Positions 39,096 to 48,249 of a DNA stretch of 49,664 nt are shown here, one piece after another (positions within the stretch are counted from its first letter, which is position 1; the number at the start of each line of letters is the position of its first letter). Source of the DNA: Bacteroidales bacterium. GTDB taxonomy: Bacteria; Bacteroidota; Bacteroidia; Bacteroidales; F082. The notes under the pieces were generated by a model. It was not told the DNA's origin. It worked only from the letters and a program-made list of their open reading frames with translations, and searched no databases. Made by a program: the position numbers and the translations under genes. The stretch spans positions 1 to 49,664 of the forward strand of contig JAZQPN010000256.1 of assembly GCA_045628585.1 (NCBI GenBank). The letters are read 5' to 3'.

Positions 39096-41051
39096 TTATT
39101 CCACCACGACTTTCACGGCACGGCGGAATGATTCGCTTGAAACGATTACGATGTAAATGCCACTTTGTTCAACGCTGATTTCTTCATGCTCTGAAGGATT
39201 GCCATTTTCATAAATCTTTCGGCCAAAAACATCGAAAACCGCGACCTTTTTCATTGATGGACACTTCACCGAGAACCATCCATTTGAGGGATTCGGATAA
39301 ACAGAAAACACATCCGTATTTTCCTCAACTTCACTAACATACACAAAATGTGCCGTCAAGTGGCAATCGCGCGAAACTGCAAAGCTGTATTCAGGTTCCT
39401 CGCTCAACGTGTCGCCCGACATTTCCCAATGAGAAAAATAGTAATCGCCCAACGCGACAGCCTTCACCGTGCAGACATCGCCATAATAGAACCAGCCGCC
39501 GCCTTCCACCGTTCCGCCCATTTCAGGCTCAGCCGACACCGTGACTTCGTAAGGCACCTGGAAGAAATGCGCCGTCAAATCATGGTTTTCATTGACTGCA
39601 AAACTATATGAAGATGAATTGCTTACCGTCACACCGTCTTCGGTCCACTTATCAAAGCCGTAGCCTGGTTCCGGATGCGCCACAAGCTGGCACTGCGTGC
39701 CGGCTATATAATTGCCCGCTCCAGTAATGCTTCCGCCATTGATTGGTTCGGGCGTTGCCGTCACCACATAACAATCCTGTGCAAAAGTGGCCACGAAATG
39801 ATGGTTGCCGTCAACGGCAAAAGCATAATCTTGCGCCGTGCTCACCACTTCGCCGTTTTCCTGCCAATTGATGAAATAATAAGTGGAATTTGCCGCAGCA
39901 CGAACCGTAACCGAATCACCGAAATGATAGATTCCGTTGCCTTCGACAGAACCACCATCGGCAGGCTCTGCGTCAAGGCTGATTTCATATTCATCAGGCT
40001 GAAAAACTGCAATCAGGCATCGGTCGTTTTCAACCGTGAAAACATAAACGCTATCCGTGCTGACTGAGGTTCCGTTTTCCTGCCATTCGGCGAAAGAATA
40101 ACCATAATGGGCACTTGCCGTCAAAGTGCAGGTCTCGCCAATGAGATACGTTCCCGAACCTTCAGCCAAGCCCGCTACGGCCGGATAAGGACGAGCCTCA
40201 ATCGAACAGGAGATCCTTTCAAAATTTGCCGTCAGATTTCTGTCGGAAACAACGGCAAAAGCATAGTTTTCAGAGGTTGAGACAATTTCGCCGTTCTCAG
40301 TCCATTGCACAAACCGGAATTGTCCGGAAGGTGTCGCCGTGAGCGTACATATTGCACCATCGGCATAAACGCCCGCTCCCGAAACCGTTCCCGCATCATC
40401 AGGCGAAACCTCGGCCTCAATTTGCCAGATTATAGGTTCAAAACAAGCCGTCAGCGCTCGGTCGTTGGTAGCGGCAAAGGCATATTCCGTTTCCGTTGAA
40501 ACGGTCTCGCCGTTTTCCTGCCAATACAAGAAACGGTAATGCTCGGCCGGCGCAGCCGTCAAGGTAACGGTTTCGCCCATCAGGAAAGTGCCGCCGCCCG
40601 TTGCGGTGCCGCCTTCGGCGGGCTGCACATCGGTCGTAACGACACACGAACCACCCGTAAACGAAAAAACGTATGGCTCTGACAATGAACCCAAAATAGC
40701 ATTGGCAGAAAAATTAATCGAGACCTGTGACGTTAGATTCAGTTCGGTTCCCGTGGCATGGTCATACAGACGGAAATCCAGAACATGACCGTATTGTCCG
40801 TAAAGCGTCAGGAAAACCAAGCAACGGTCCAATCCCGCATAATAGGCCAGCATCTCGCTGCCACGACATTCATCATCACAAAAAGCTCCTATTTCGAGTT
40901 GCGCCGAGGCCTGCTCCAAGCCATTGATTTCAATCACGCCAATCACATTCATGTTGTCGGCAAACTGATATGGATCTGGAATCCAGTGGTTTGCCAATGC
41001 CATCCGGTTAACGAGTGCCAGCAATAAAATCAATAATGTTTTTCGCATCAT
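39096..41051 (-). CDS. T9SS-secreted protein with six InlB-B-type repeats, 651 aa
   Basis: Intact ORF with signal peptide MMRKTLLILLLALVNRMALA. It has an N-terminal FRLYDH module and six ~73-aa repeats. The classic CTD is FSVYPNPSNGWFSVKC..VAVFDVFGRKIYE..GIYIVIVSSESFRRAVKVVVE. A TAATTTTG box (minus strand, 41074-41067) lies 15 nt upstream of the ATG. Confidence 0.92.
   Translation of the reverse strand: MMRKTLLILLLALVNRMALANHWIPDPYQFADNMNVIGVIEINGLEQASAQLEIGAFCDDECRGSEMLAYYAGLDRCLVFLTLYGQYGHVLDFRLYDHATGTELNLTSQVSINFSANAILGSLSEPYVFSFTGGSCVVTTDVQPAEGGTATGGGTFLMGETVTLTAAPAEHYRFLYWQENGETVSTETEYAFAATNDRALTACFEPIIWQIEAEVSPDDAGTVSGAGVYADGAICTLTATPSGQFRFVQWTENGEIVSTSENYAFAVVSDRNLTANFERISCSIEARPYPAVAGLAEGSGTYLIGETCTLTASAHYGYSFAEWQENGTSVSTDSVYVFTVENDRCLIAVFQPDEYEISLDAEPADGGSVEGNGIYHFGDSVTVRAAANSTYYFINWQENGEVVSTAQDYAFAVDGNHHFVATFAQDCYVVTATPEPINGGSITGAGNYIAGTQCQLVAHPEPGYGFDKWTEDGVTVSNSSSYSFAVNENHDLTAHFFQVPYEVTVSAEPEMGGTVEGGGWFYYGDVCTVKAVALGDYYFSHWEMSGDTLSEEPEYSFAVSRDCHLTAHFVYVSEVEENTDVFSVYPNPSNGWFSVKCPSMKKVAVFDVFGRKIYENGNPSEHEEISVEQSGIYIVIVSSESFRRAVKVVVE
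39330..40646 (-). repeat. Six tandem ~73-aa divergent InlB B-repeat (Listeria-Bacteroides repeat-like) domains
   Basis: Pattern: ...(V/I)....P...G.(V/A).G.G.Y..G....L.A.P..GY.F..W.E.G..VS....Y.F.V.....L.A.F, repeated six times. For example YEISLDAEPADGGSVEGNGIYHFGDSVTVRAAANSTYYFINWQENGEVVSTAQDYAFAVDGNHHFVATF. Confidence 0.8.
40659..40991 (-). other. Shared FRLYDH module, copy 3 (aa 21-131 of the 651-aa protein)
   Basis: NHWIPDPYQFADNMNVIGVIEING..QLEIGAFCDDECRGSE..GHVLDFRLYDHATGTELNL..SEPYVFSF. I verified the FRLYDH codons at 40758-40775. Confidence 0.7.
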
Positions 41052-41162
41052 CTCCTATTTTTTGTGCAAAATTAAAAAAACTGTTTTTAAAATCAGAAAC
41101 GCCACCCATTTCCACGCAGGATTTGCAAACGGAACAAACAGGCAAAGAATCCATACGCTTTG

Positions 41163-42146
41163 CTATCTTTTCAGTTTCACAACAGTTCCTGGTTTCACCA
41201 CATTGCCTAAATCACCATTGTATTTCTTCAGTTTATCCAGTTTCACGGCAAAACGGAGTGCCACATCACGCAAGGTCATGGTTTCCTCGACTGTGAAGGT
41301 TGACGGATGCCTGCATTTATTCTTCAACGGGACCACGTACACCGCATCACCACTAAGGAAGACAAAATCCTTTGGACTTGAAATGCAATTATAATCAGCG
41401 ATTTGGCGTGTCGCAATGCCTAATTCCTTGGCTAATGATTTCGGGGTTTCGCCTTCCTTGGCATAAATGAAACGCACGCCGTTGTTAAGATAAATGAAAC
41501 GCCCTGTTTCCGTCATATCAACGATTTCGAAAGCCGATTTCACATCAGGATTATAGAGCAGGCCGAAATCTTCAAATGAAGTTTCGGCAAGTTGCGGTTC
41601 AGATTCGGGTTCTTCCACAGGTACTTTTTCATCTATAAGGCCCAAGGCCTCGCGGTCGTAGCGCGTCAAGTCATACTGGTTGATTCGCGCAATCAGCAGT
41701 TGCGCATATTTAGGATTAGTGGCATAACCCGCTGCCTTCAAACCTTTCGCCCAACCCTCATAATCAGTGATTTCCAGATCGAATAAAGCTGCGTAACGGC
41801 TTCTTCCCGTCAGGAAAAGCGAGTGATCAACAAAGGACTCCTCAGCATTTCTGTATTTGCGGAAACACTCGTTTTTCTCGTCATCATCCATAGTATAGGT
41901 TTTGCCTGTCCAGCCCTTATGACATTTTATGCCGAAATGGTTTTTTGCCTCACGCGCCAACTCGCTATTGCCGCAACCCGACTCCAAAAGGCCTTGCGCC
42001 AAAGTGATGGAAGCCGGAATCTTATGCTCGCGCATTTCGCGCATGGCAATGTCCTTGTAAGTTTCGATATATTCCTCAGCAGTAATTCTTTGCGCCTGCA
42101 AAAAAAGCGGGAAACACAACAATAAAACGGAAAATAATTTCTTCAT
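41163..42146 (-). CDS. Secreted GH73-type N-acetylglucosaminidase with two C-terminal LysM domains, 327 aa
   Basis: Signal peptide MKKLFSVLLLCFPLFLQA. Glucosaminidase motif: IPASITLAQGLLESGCGNSELAREAKNHFGIKC..GYATNPKYAQLLI. LysM-like segments: FIYAKEGETPKSLAKELGIATRQIADYN and FTVEETMTLRDVALRFAVKLDKLKKYNGDL..VKPGTVVKL. Confidence 0.9.
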   Translation of the reverse strand: MKKLFSVLLLCFPLFLQAQRITAEEYIETYKDIAMREMREHKIPASITLAQGLLESGCGNSELAREAKNHFGIKCHKGWTGKTYTMDDDEKNECFRKYRNAEESFVDHSLFLTGRSRYAALFDLEITDYEGWAKGLKAAGYATNPKYAQLLIARINQYDLTRYDREALGLIDEKVPVEEPESEPQLAETSFEDFGLLYNPDVKSAFEIVDMTETGRFIYLNNGVRFIYAKEGETPKSLAKELGIATRQIADYNCISSPKDFVFLSGDAVYVVPLKNKCRHPSTFTVEETMTLRDVALRFAVKLDKLKKYNGDLGNVVKPGTVVKLKR

Positions 42147-42239
42147 AAGACGATTTGAATTTGAGCGGTAAAGATAGGTAAAAAAATATTCGCCGACCGA
42201 ACATATTTTTTACTATTTTTGGCAGTTTATTATACCCTT

Positions 42240-42866
42240 ATGGATACAACAAGAATCTTCAAATATTTCCCCGAACTGAGCGAACAGCAAAAGTCGCAGT
42301 TCAACCAGTTGAAAGACTTGTATTTAGACTGGAACAGCAAAATCAATGTCATTTCCAGGAAGGACATGGACCACTTCTACGAGCATCATGTTTTGCATTG
42401 CCTTGCCATTGCGAAATACATGGAATTGCTCCCTGGAATGAGAATCATGGACTTGGGCACGGGCGGCGGTTTCCCCGGCATCCCGTTGGCCATCATGTTT
42501 CCGCAGACCGAATTCTATCTGATTGACGGCACAGGAAAGAAAATCACCGTGGTCAATGCCGTGAAAGAAGCCATCGGCTTGCAAAACGTTGTGGCAGAGC
42601 ACAAACGCGCCGAAGAAGTGAAAGAGAAATTCGATTTCATCACCGGACGTGCCGTTATGACCTTGCCCGAAATCGTCAATCTGGCGGGCAACAAGTTGAG
42701 AATCAGAGGTGACATTGAGGCTGGCGGCATCCTTTACCTGAAAGGCGGCGACTTGACAGCGGAATTCAATGCCATCTCAAAATATTGGAAGCACAAGAAA
42801 GTGGCTGTCAGCAAATGGTTTAGGGAGGAGTATTTTGAAGAGAAATATGTGGTTCATTTGTATTAA
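42240..42866 (+). CDS. rsmG: 16S rRNA (guanine527-N7)-methyltransferase RsmG/GidB, 208 aa
   Basis: MDTTRIFKYFPELSEQQ..WNSKINVISRKD..HHVLHCLAIAKY..IMDLGTGGGFPGIPLAIMFP..LIDGTGKKI is colinear with Bacteroides RsmG and includes the SAM-binding G.GGG.PG motif. I prefer the ATG at 42240 over the TTG at 42219 in the ORF track. A TATTTTTG box lies at 42214-42221. Confidence 0.92.
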   Translation: MDTTRIFKYFPELSEQQKSQFNQLKDLYLDWNSKINVISRKDMDHFYEHHVLHCLAIAKYMELLPGMRIMDLGTGGGFPGIPLAIMFPQTEFYLIDGTGKKITVVNAVKEAIGLQNVVAEHKRAEEVKEKFDFITGRAVMTLPEIVNLAGNKLRIRGDIEAGGILYLKGGDLTAEFNAISKYWKHKKVAVSKWFREEYFEEKYVVHLY

Positions 42867-42903
42867 GCAATTATTTCAAGTTCAAAACATTCTAAATAAT
42901 GAG

Positions 42904-42946
42904 ATTCCCGCCTGCGCGGGAATGACGGCCTCGAAAAAAGGCCGTC
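42904..42946 (+). repeat. Two abutting perfect 8-bp-stem hairpins (REP-like palindromic element) downstream of rsmG
   Basis: ATTCCCGC-ctgc-GCGGGAAT (42904-42923) is followed immediately by GACGGCCT-cgaaaaa-AGGCCGTC (42924-42946). No U-tract follows on the plus strand. Confidence 0.8.
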
Positions 42947-43008
42947 AAAGAGTCTAAAAGTCCAAATGTCAAATTGTCTAAAAGTTTAACAATCAAATAA
43001 TTCAAAAA

Positions 43009-45810
43009 ATGAAAAAGTTAGCATTACTTTTCCTTGCAGTGGCTGGTTTTGCCACGGCAAGCATCGCACAGCAGATGCCGCCATGTCCGTCAGACCCTAA
43101 CGTCAGGACTGGCCAATTGGAAAACGGATTGACTTACTACATCCGTCACAACGAGAAACCGGCACAGCGCGCCAATTTCTACATTGCGCAGAAAGTCGGT
43201 TCCATTCTTGAAGAAGAAGAGCAGCGCGGTCTGGCTCACTTCCTCGAACACATGTGCTTCAACGGCACGCAGCATTTCCCTGGCAAGGATCTGCTTAACT
43301 ACATGGAACACAACGGTGTGAAGTTCGGCGAAAACGTCAACGCATGGACCAGCATCGAGCAGACCGTCTACATGCTGACCAACGTCCCGACCACCAATCC
43401 CGGCCTGATTGACTCCTGCCTTTTGGTTTTGCACGACTGGTCGAACTACGTTTCACTTGAAGACGAAGAAATCGACAAGGAACGTGGCGTTATTCTGGAA
43501 GAAATGCGTCAAGGACAAAACGCCATGATGCGTATGTACGAAACTTTGCTTCCAGCCCTGTATCCAGATAGCCCTTACGGTGCCCGTCTGCCAATCGGTA
43601 CCGAACAAGTGGTTGCCAACTTCGATTACGAAACCCTACGTGCCTATTATAGAAAATGGTATCGCCCTGACTTGCAAGGCATCATCATCGTTGGTGACAT
43701 CGATGTAGACCAAATCGAAAACAGAGTGAAGACCATGTTTGGTGCCATTCCTGCTGCCGAAAATCCGGCAGAACGCACACGTTTCCAGGTCGCTGACAAC
43801 GACGAACCATTGGTCGCCATCGCTTCCGACAAAGAAGAGACCAGCTATCAAATCAGCGTTTACTACAAGCACGACATTACCCCGATGGAAGAAAGAGGTA
43901 ATCTCGATTATTGGATTTCGACATACGTCAACGACATCATTTCAAGCATGTATAACAACCGCTTGGAAGAACTGACCCAGAAGCCGAATCCTCCATTCAT
44001 TTACGCAGGTGGCTATTACGGAACTTACTTTGTTTCAGACACTAAGGACGCTTGGTCGAGTGCTGCCTACGCAAAAGACTTCAACGGCATTGACGAAGCT
44101 CTCAGCGCCATCATCATGGAAAACAACCGCATGAAGCAATTCGGGTTCACCGCTTCGGAATACGAACGCGCCAAGGCCGATTATCTCAGACAAGTCGAAA
44201 GCCAGTTTGAAGAACGCAACAAGCAGGACAACGGCAGATACCTCTACCCTATCCTCAACCATTTCCTGTCCAACGAACCTATGATGGGCATCGAAAACGA
44301 ATATGCACTGCTTTCGCAAATCATGCCTGCTCTGCCTCTGGAAGCCATTAACGCTTACGCTCAGGAACTTATCACCGAAAAGAACATTGCCATCGCACTG
44401 ACTGCTCCACAGAAAGAAGGCGAAACACTGCCTACCAAGGACGAACTTCTGGCCCTCTTCAACAAGGCAAACGCCATGGAAGTTGAAGCCTATACCGAGA
44501 CCGTTTCCGACGAACCTCTCATCGCCCAACTGCCAAAGAGCGGTAAAATCACCGACAAGAAGGCCAACGACACTTTCGGCACTACCGAACTCACCCTCAG
44601 CAACGGCATGAAGGTCATCTACAAGCCTACCACTTACAAGGATGACGAAATCGTCATGTCAGGCTACAGCTTTGGCGGTTACTCCGTCATGAGCATGGAC
44701 GACCCTTACACTTTGCAGGAAATCAACGAATTGGCCACACTGGGCGGCGTTGGCAATTTCAGCGCCATCGACCTTCCAAAGGTTTTGGCCGGCAAGAAAG
44801 CCAGCGTTTATCCTTCCATCAGCAATTACACTGAAGGCATGAGCGGCAGCTGCTCCGTGAAGGATTTGGAAACCATGCTCCAACTCACCTATTTATATTT
44901 TACTGCACCACGCGCCGACGAAGAAGCCCTTCAATCCTACCTGACCCGCACCAAGTCGATGCTGGCCAATGCCGAATCAGACCCAATGACAGCTTTCCGC
45001 GACAGCCTCTATGCCGTCATGTACGACTCACATCCATTGGTAAAGCGCATGAAAGCAGAAGATTACGACAAGATTGACTACGCAAAGGCCCTGAAACTCT
45101 ATCAGGAACGCTTCAGCGACCCGAACAACTTTGTCTTCACATTCGTCGGCAACATCGACCCAGCCACTTTCGAACCAATGGTTGAACAATACCTCGGTGC
45201 CCTGAAGTCACAGAAGAACGACGAGACTTGGAAAGACAACGGTCTGAACCTCACCAAGAAAGACAACATTTGCCACTACAAAAAGCAGATGGAAACGCCA
45301 AAGGCTACCTGCTACATGATTTACAACGGCGCCATGGAATACACCCTCAAGAACCAGCTCGCCATGCAATGCCTGAACGATGTGATGGACATCGTCTACA
45401 CCGAAAAAATCCGTGAAGACGAAGGCGGCACCTACGGTGTCGGCGTTCAAGGCAATGTCGGTCTCCGTCCTGAAGGCAACTTCATGTTCCTCATCGGTTT
45501 CGACACCAACAAGGAAATGCACGAAAAGCTGATGAACATCGCCAAGGCTGAACTCGCCAACGTTTCAAACAACGGCCCACGTCCGGAAGACCTCAAGAAG
45601 GTGAAGGAATTCCTTGTGAAGAAACATGCTGAAAATCTCGAAAGCAACCGTTACTGGATGAACAGCATCGTCGCTGAACAGCGCGATGGCTTCAACCAGA
45701 TGAAGGATTACGAAGAAGTCCTCAACAGCATCAGCAGCGATGACGTTGCAGCCATGGCAAAGAAAGTCCTCAACGGCTACAAGAAGGAAATCGTCCAACT
45801 GCCTGAATAA
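43009..45810 (+). CDS. Secreted M16 (pitrilysin/insulinase) family zinc peptidase, 933 aa
   Basis: Signal peptide MKKLALLFLAVAGFATASIA. Inverted zinc motif HFLEHMCFNGT (HxxEH) with the downstream ERGVILEEMR glutamate. The length fits a tandem M16 active half plus inactive half. Confidence 0.92.
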   Translation: MKKLALLFLAVAGFATASIAQQMPPCPSDPNVRTGQLENGLTYYIRHNEKPAQRANFYIAQKVGSILEEEEQRGLAHFLEHMCFNGTQHFPGKDLLNYMEHNGVKFGENVNAWTSIEQTVYMLTNVPTTNPGLIDSCLLVLHDWSNYVSLEDEEIDKERGVILEEMRQGQNAMMRMYETLLPALYPDSPYGARLPIGTEQVVANFDYETLRAYYRKWYRPDLQGIIIVGDIDVDQIENRVKTMFGAIPAAENPAERTRFQVADNDEPLVAIASDKEETSYQISVYYKHDITPMEERGNLDYWISTYVNDIISSMYNNRLEELTQKPNPPFIYAGGYYGTYFVSDTKDAWSSAAYAKDFNGIDEALSAIIMENNRMKQFGFTASEYERAKADYLRQVESQFEERNKQDNGRYLYPILNHFLSNEPMMGIENEYALLSQIMPALPLEAINAYAQELITEKNIAIALTAPQKEGETLPTKDELLALFNKANAMEVEAYTETVSDEPLIAQLPKSGKITDKKANDTFGTTELTLSNGMKVIYKPTTYKDDEIVMSGYSFGGYSVMSMDDPYTLQEINELATLGGVGNFSAIDLPKVLAGKKASVYPSISNYTEGMSGSCSVKDLETMLQLTYLYFTAPRADEEALQSYLTRTKSMLANAESDPMTAFRDSLYAVMYDSHPLVKRMKAEDYDKIDYAKALKLYQERFSDPNNFVFTFVGNIDPATFEPMVEQYLGALKSQKNDETWKDNGLNLTKKDNICHYKKQMETPKATCYMIYNGAMEYTLKNQLAMQCLNDVMDIVYTEKIREDEGGTYGVGVQGNVGLRPEGNFMFLIGFDTNKEMHEKLMNIAKAELANVSNNGPRPEDLKKVKEFLVKKHAENLESNRYWMNSIVAEQRDGFNQMKDYEEVLNSISSDDVAAMAKKVLNGYKKEIVQLPE

Positions 45811-45813
45811 AAA

Positions 45814-45901
45814 GGTTCAAAGGCGCTTTGCGCGGAGAAAAATTGTTCAAAAAGCGTTCATGCGCTTGTCGGAGAAAACGCTTTTTGAACGATTTTGAAC
45901 C
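45814..45901 (+). terminator. Nested inverted-repeat structure after the M16 peptidase gene (possible terminator or structured RNA)
   Basis: The outer 8-bp arms are GGTTCAAA (45814-45821) and TTTGAACC (45894-45901). The inner 14-bp arms are GTTCAAAAAGCGTT (45845-45858) and AACGCTTTTTGAAC (45877-45890), with an 18-nt loop. A mini-hairpin GCGCtttGCGC lies at 45824-45834. Confidence 0.45.
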
Positions 45902-45951
45902 ACTTAAACAATTGACAAACAATTTAGTATTAACAATAAAAATTTAGTCAA

Positions 45952-47577
45952 ATGACAGAAAAACTAACAATGAGAGACAATGCCACCTATAGGTGGATTG
46001 CCTTACTGCTTTTGGCCCTGGCCATGTTTTGTTCATACATCTTTATGGACATTCTCTCCCCCATTAAGGACCTGATGATGCTTCCTATCGAAGAAGGCGG
46101 TCGCGGTTGGGATTCAACGGCATTTGGCACTATGCAAGGTGCCGAGACTTTCCTTAATGTGTTTGTATTCTTCCTGATTTTTGCAGGCATCATCCTCGAC
46201 AAGATGGGTGTCCGTTTCACCGCAGTCCTTTCAGGTGCAGTGATGTTAGTAGGCGCCCTCATCGAATGGTATGCCGTTTCCGACAAGTTCATCGGCAGCG
46301 GTGCTGAAACATGGTTCACCAACAACCTTAACTACATCCCTGGTTTTGAAGAGATTGGCGTCGCCCCATTCTATAGAGGCATGCCTGCTTCAGCTAAGCT
46401 TGCCGCCCTCGGTTTCATGCTGTTCGGCTGCGGTACTGAAATGGGCGGCATCACCGTTTCACGCGGTATCGTGAAATGGTTCAAGGGCCGCGACACCGCC
46501 TTGGCTATGGGTTCTGAAATGGCTCTGGCTCGTCTCGGCGTTGCTACCTGCATGATTTTCTCACCTTATTTTGCAAAACTCGGCGGCAGCGTCCATGTCG
46601 ACAAGTCAGTGGCTTTCGGCGTTGTACTGCTCTGCATCGCACTCATTATGTTTGTTGTCTATTTCTTCATGGATAAGAAATTGGACGCCCAAACTGGCGA
46701 AGCCGAAGAAAAAGACGACCCATTCAAGGTTTCAGATATCGGCAAGATTCTGTCAAGCCTCGGTTTCTGGCTGGTTGCCCTTCTCTGCGTGCTCTATTAC
46801 TCAGCTATTTTCCCATTCCAGAAATATGCCGTCAACATGTTGCAGTGCAACCTGACCCTGGTTCCTGGCGAAGGTTTCTGGGCAAGCAATAGCGTCACAA
46901 TCGTTCAATACATCATCATGCTTGTTGTGGCCATCTGCGCATTCGCAAGCAACTTCTCGAAGAAGAAAGGCCTGAAATTCGGCCTGATGGCTCTCGCCGT
47001 TGTGGCTCTCGTCGTTTACTGCTGGATGGGTTACAAGCGCGGCACTGCCGAAACCATTTTCGCCGTGTTCCCACTGCTCGCCGTGGCCATCACGCCAATT
47101 CTTGGCAACTATGTCGACCACAAAGGCAAGGCAGCTTCCATGCTGATGATTGGCTCACTGCTGCTCATCCTTTGCCACCTCACCTTCGCATTTGTCCTGC
47201 CTATGTTCAAGGGCAATGCCGTTGGCGGCATCATCGTGGCTTACCTCACCATCTTAGTCCTCGGCGCATCGTTCTCATTGGTTCCAGCCGCTTTGTGGCC
47301 AAGCGTTCCAAAGCTCGTTGACGAAAAAATCATCGGTTCGGCCTACGCACTCATTTTCTGGATCCAGAACATCGGCTTGTGGCTGTTCCCTCTGCTGATT
47401 GGCAAGGTTCTCGACAAGACCAACCCAGGCGTAACCGATCCTACGGCATTCAACTACACATGGCCTCTCGTCATGTTGGCATGCTTAGGCATTGCAGCCC
47501 TGATTATCGGCATCATCCTCAAGAGTGTCGACAAGAAGAAACACCTCGGACTGGAAGAGCCTAACATCGTTGAATAA
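45952..47577 (+). CDS. MFS transporter, 541 aa
   Basis: About 12-14 hydrophobic helices along the whole length. MFS motif-A-like GIILDKMGVRF follows the second helix. Substrate not inferable. Confidence 0.85.
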   Translation: MTEKLTMRDNATYRWIALLLLALAMFCSYIFMDILSPIKDLMMLPIEEGGRGWDSTAFGTMQGAETFLNVFVFFLIFAGIILDKMGVRFTAVLSGAVMLVGALIEWYAVSDKFIGSGAETWFTNNLNYIPGFEEIGVAPFYRGMPASAKLAALGFMLFGCGTEMGGITVSRGIVKWFKGRDTALAMGSEMALARLGVATCMIFSPYFAKLGGSVHVDKSVAFGVVLLCIALIMFVVYFFMDKKLDAQTGEAEEKDDPFKVSDIGKILSSLGFWLVALLCVLYYSAIFPFQKYAVNMLQCNLTLVPGEGFWASNSVTIVQYIIMLVVAICAFASNFSKKKGLKFGLMALAVVALVVYCWMGYKRGTAETIFAVFPLLAVAITPILGNYVDHKGKAASMLMIGSLLLILCHLTFAFVLPMFKGNAVGGIIVAYLTILVLGASFSLVPAALWPSVPKLVDEKIIGSAYALIFWIQNIGLWLFPLLIGKVLDKTNPGVTDPTAFNYTWPLVMLACLGIAALIIGIILKSVDKKKHLGLEEPNIVE

Positions 47578-47596
47578 TAATAATCAATGTATAAAT

Positions 47597-47627
47597 GAAA
47601 AAAGCCGCCTGTTTGGGCGGCTTTTTC
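47597..47627. terminator. Bidirectional rho-independent terminator between convergent genes
   Basis: AAAAAAGCCGCC-tgtttg-GGCGGCTTTTT: a GC-rich stem (47603-47609 / 47616-47622) flanked by an A-tract and a T-tract. It lies between the MFS stop (47577) and the stop of the minus-strand small gene (47631). Confidence 0.8.
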
Positions 47628-47630
47628 ATT

Positions 47631-47963
47631 TTATCGTGCAACAAACGGAATGTTGCACATTTCAAGGATTTCGGTGACAAACTTCCGTTCCAAAACGCCA
47701 AACTCTCCATCAGAACGCGCAATTTTGGTCATCATAAGCGAAAAATCATGTTTTTTCTCTTTCGGCAAACGCTTCAATGTTTCAAAGGTTTTAGATTGCA
47801 ATTCATCTTTCGGACAAGGCACAAAACTCTCATCCGAAAAATTCAGTTCCTTTAAACACTCCTGATAAACAGCCATTTCCGCATCATGCTTCAGATAATC
47901 AGCCTGAGCTAAATTGTAGAGCACGCTGACGATGGCTTCCTGTTCTGTTCTTGTGTATTCCAT
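47631..47963 (-). CDS. Small hypothetical protein, 110 aa (start taken at MEYTRTEQ)
   Basis: The ORF track gives 159 aa from 48110, but the first 49 codons read as non-protein-like sequence. The portion from ATG 47963 looks helical and protein-like (..EAIVSVLYNLAQADYL..MMTKIARSDGEFGVLERKFVTEILEMC). No family is confidently recognised. Confidence 0.5.
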   Translation of the reverse strand: MEYTRTEQEAIVSVLYNLAQADYLKHDAEMAVYQECLKELNFSDESFVPCPKDELQSKTFETLKRLPKEKKHDFSLMMTKIARSDGEFGVLERKFVTEILEMCNIPFVAR

Positions 47964-48249
47964 ACCGTTGTTTTTCAAATTATTCTCTCTGTGACCATGC
48001 CATTCCACCGGTTTCAGTCCACCAAGTGCGATGTTACCGATTTGCACCCGAATCGAACAGATAGTCCGAAGATACGCTAACTGAGAAGCCAATGTCATTG
48101 CGGGATGCAAAGGTATATTTTTTATTTGTTCTCCTATGGCTGTCCACTAAAAAAAACGATAACGTTCTTCGACATTCTCAACAAAGAAAAAAGAACAGCC
48201 AAGTGCCAATTGCGGAAAGCCTCCGCTCGGACGAACCCTGACTATTCTC

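Noticed and set aside
42219-42239. The TTG start for rsmG given by the ORF track (MAVYYTL extension).
   Set aside because: The ATG at 42240 gives an N-terminus colinear with Bacteroides RsmG (M..(I/L)..YFPEL). The TTG overlaps the TATTTTTG promoter-like box.
48044-48058. A tRNA or tRNA remnant (minus-strand GTTCGATTCGGGTGC resembles a T-arm plus acceptor end).
   Set aside because: I could not build a cloverleaf. The candidate acceptor pairing gives a ~66-nt molecule with no D-arm or anticodon-arm complementarity, and the T-stem needs two G-U pairs. It is more likely part of the 5' leader of the small gene. tRNAscan-SE would settle it.
47964-48110. The 49-codon N-terminal extension of the small minus-strand ORF (159-aa version).
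   Set aside because: The translation MHPAMTLASQLAYLRTICSIRVQIGNIALGG... is not protein-like, and it overlaps the tRNA-like/structured leader and a TACCTTTG box. The internal Met at 47963 is preferred.
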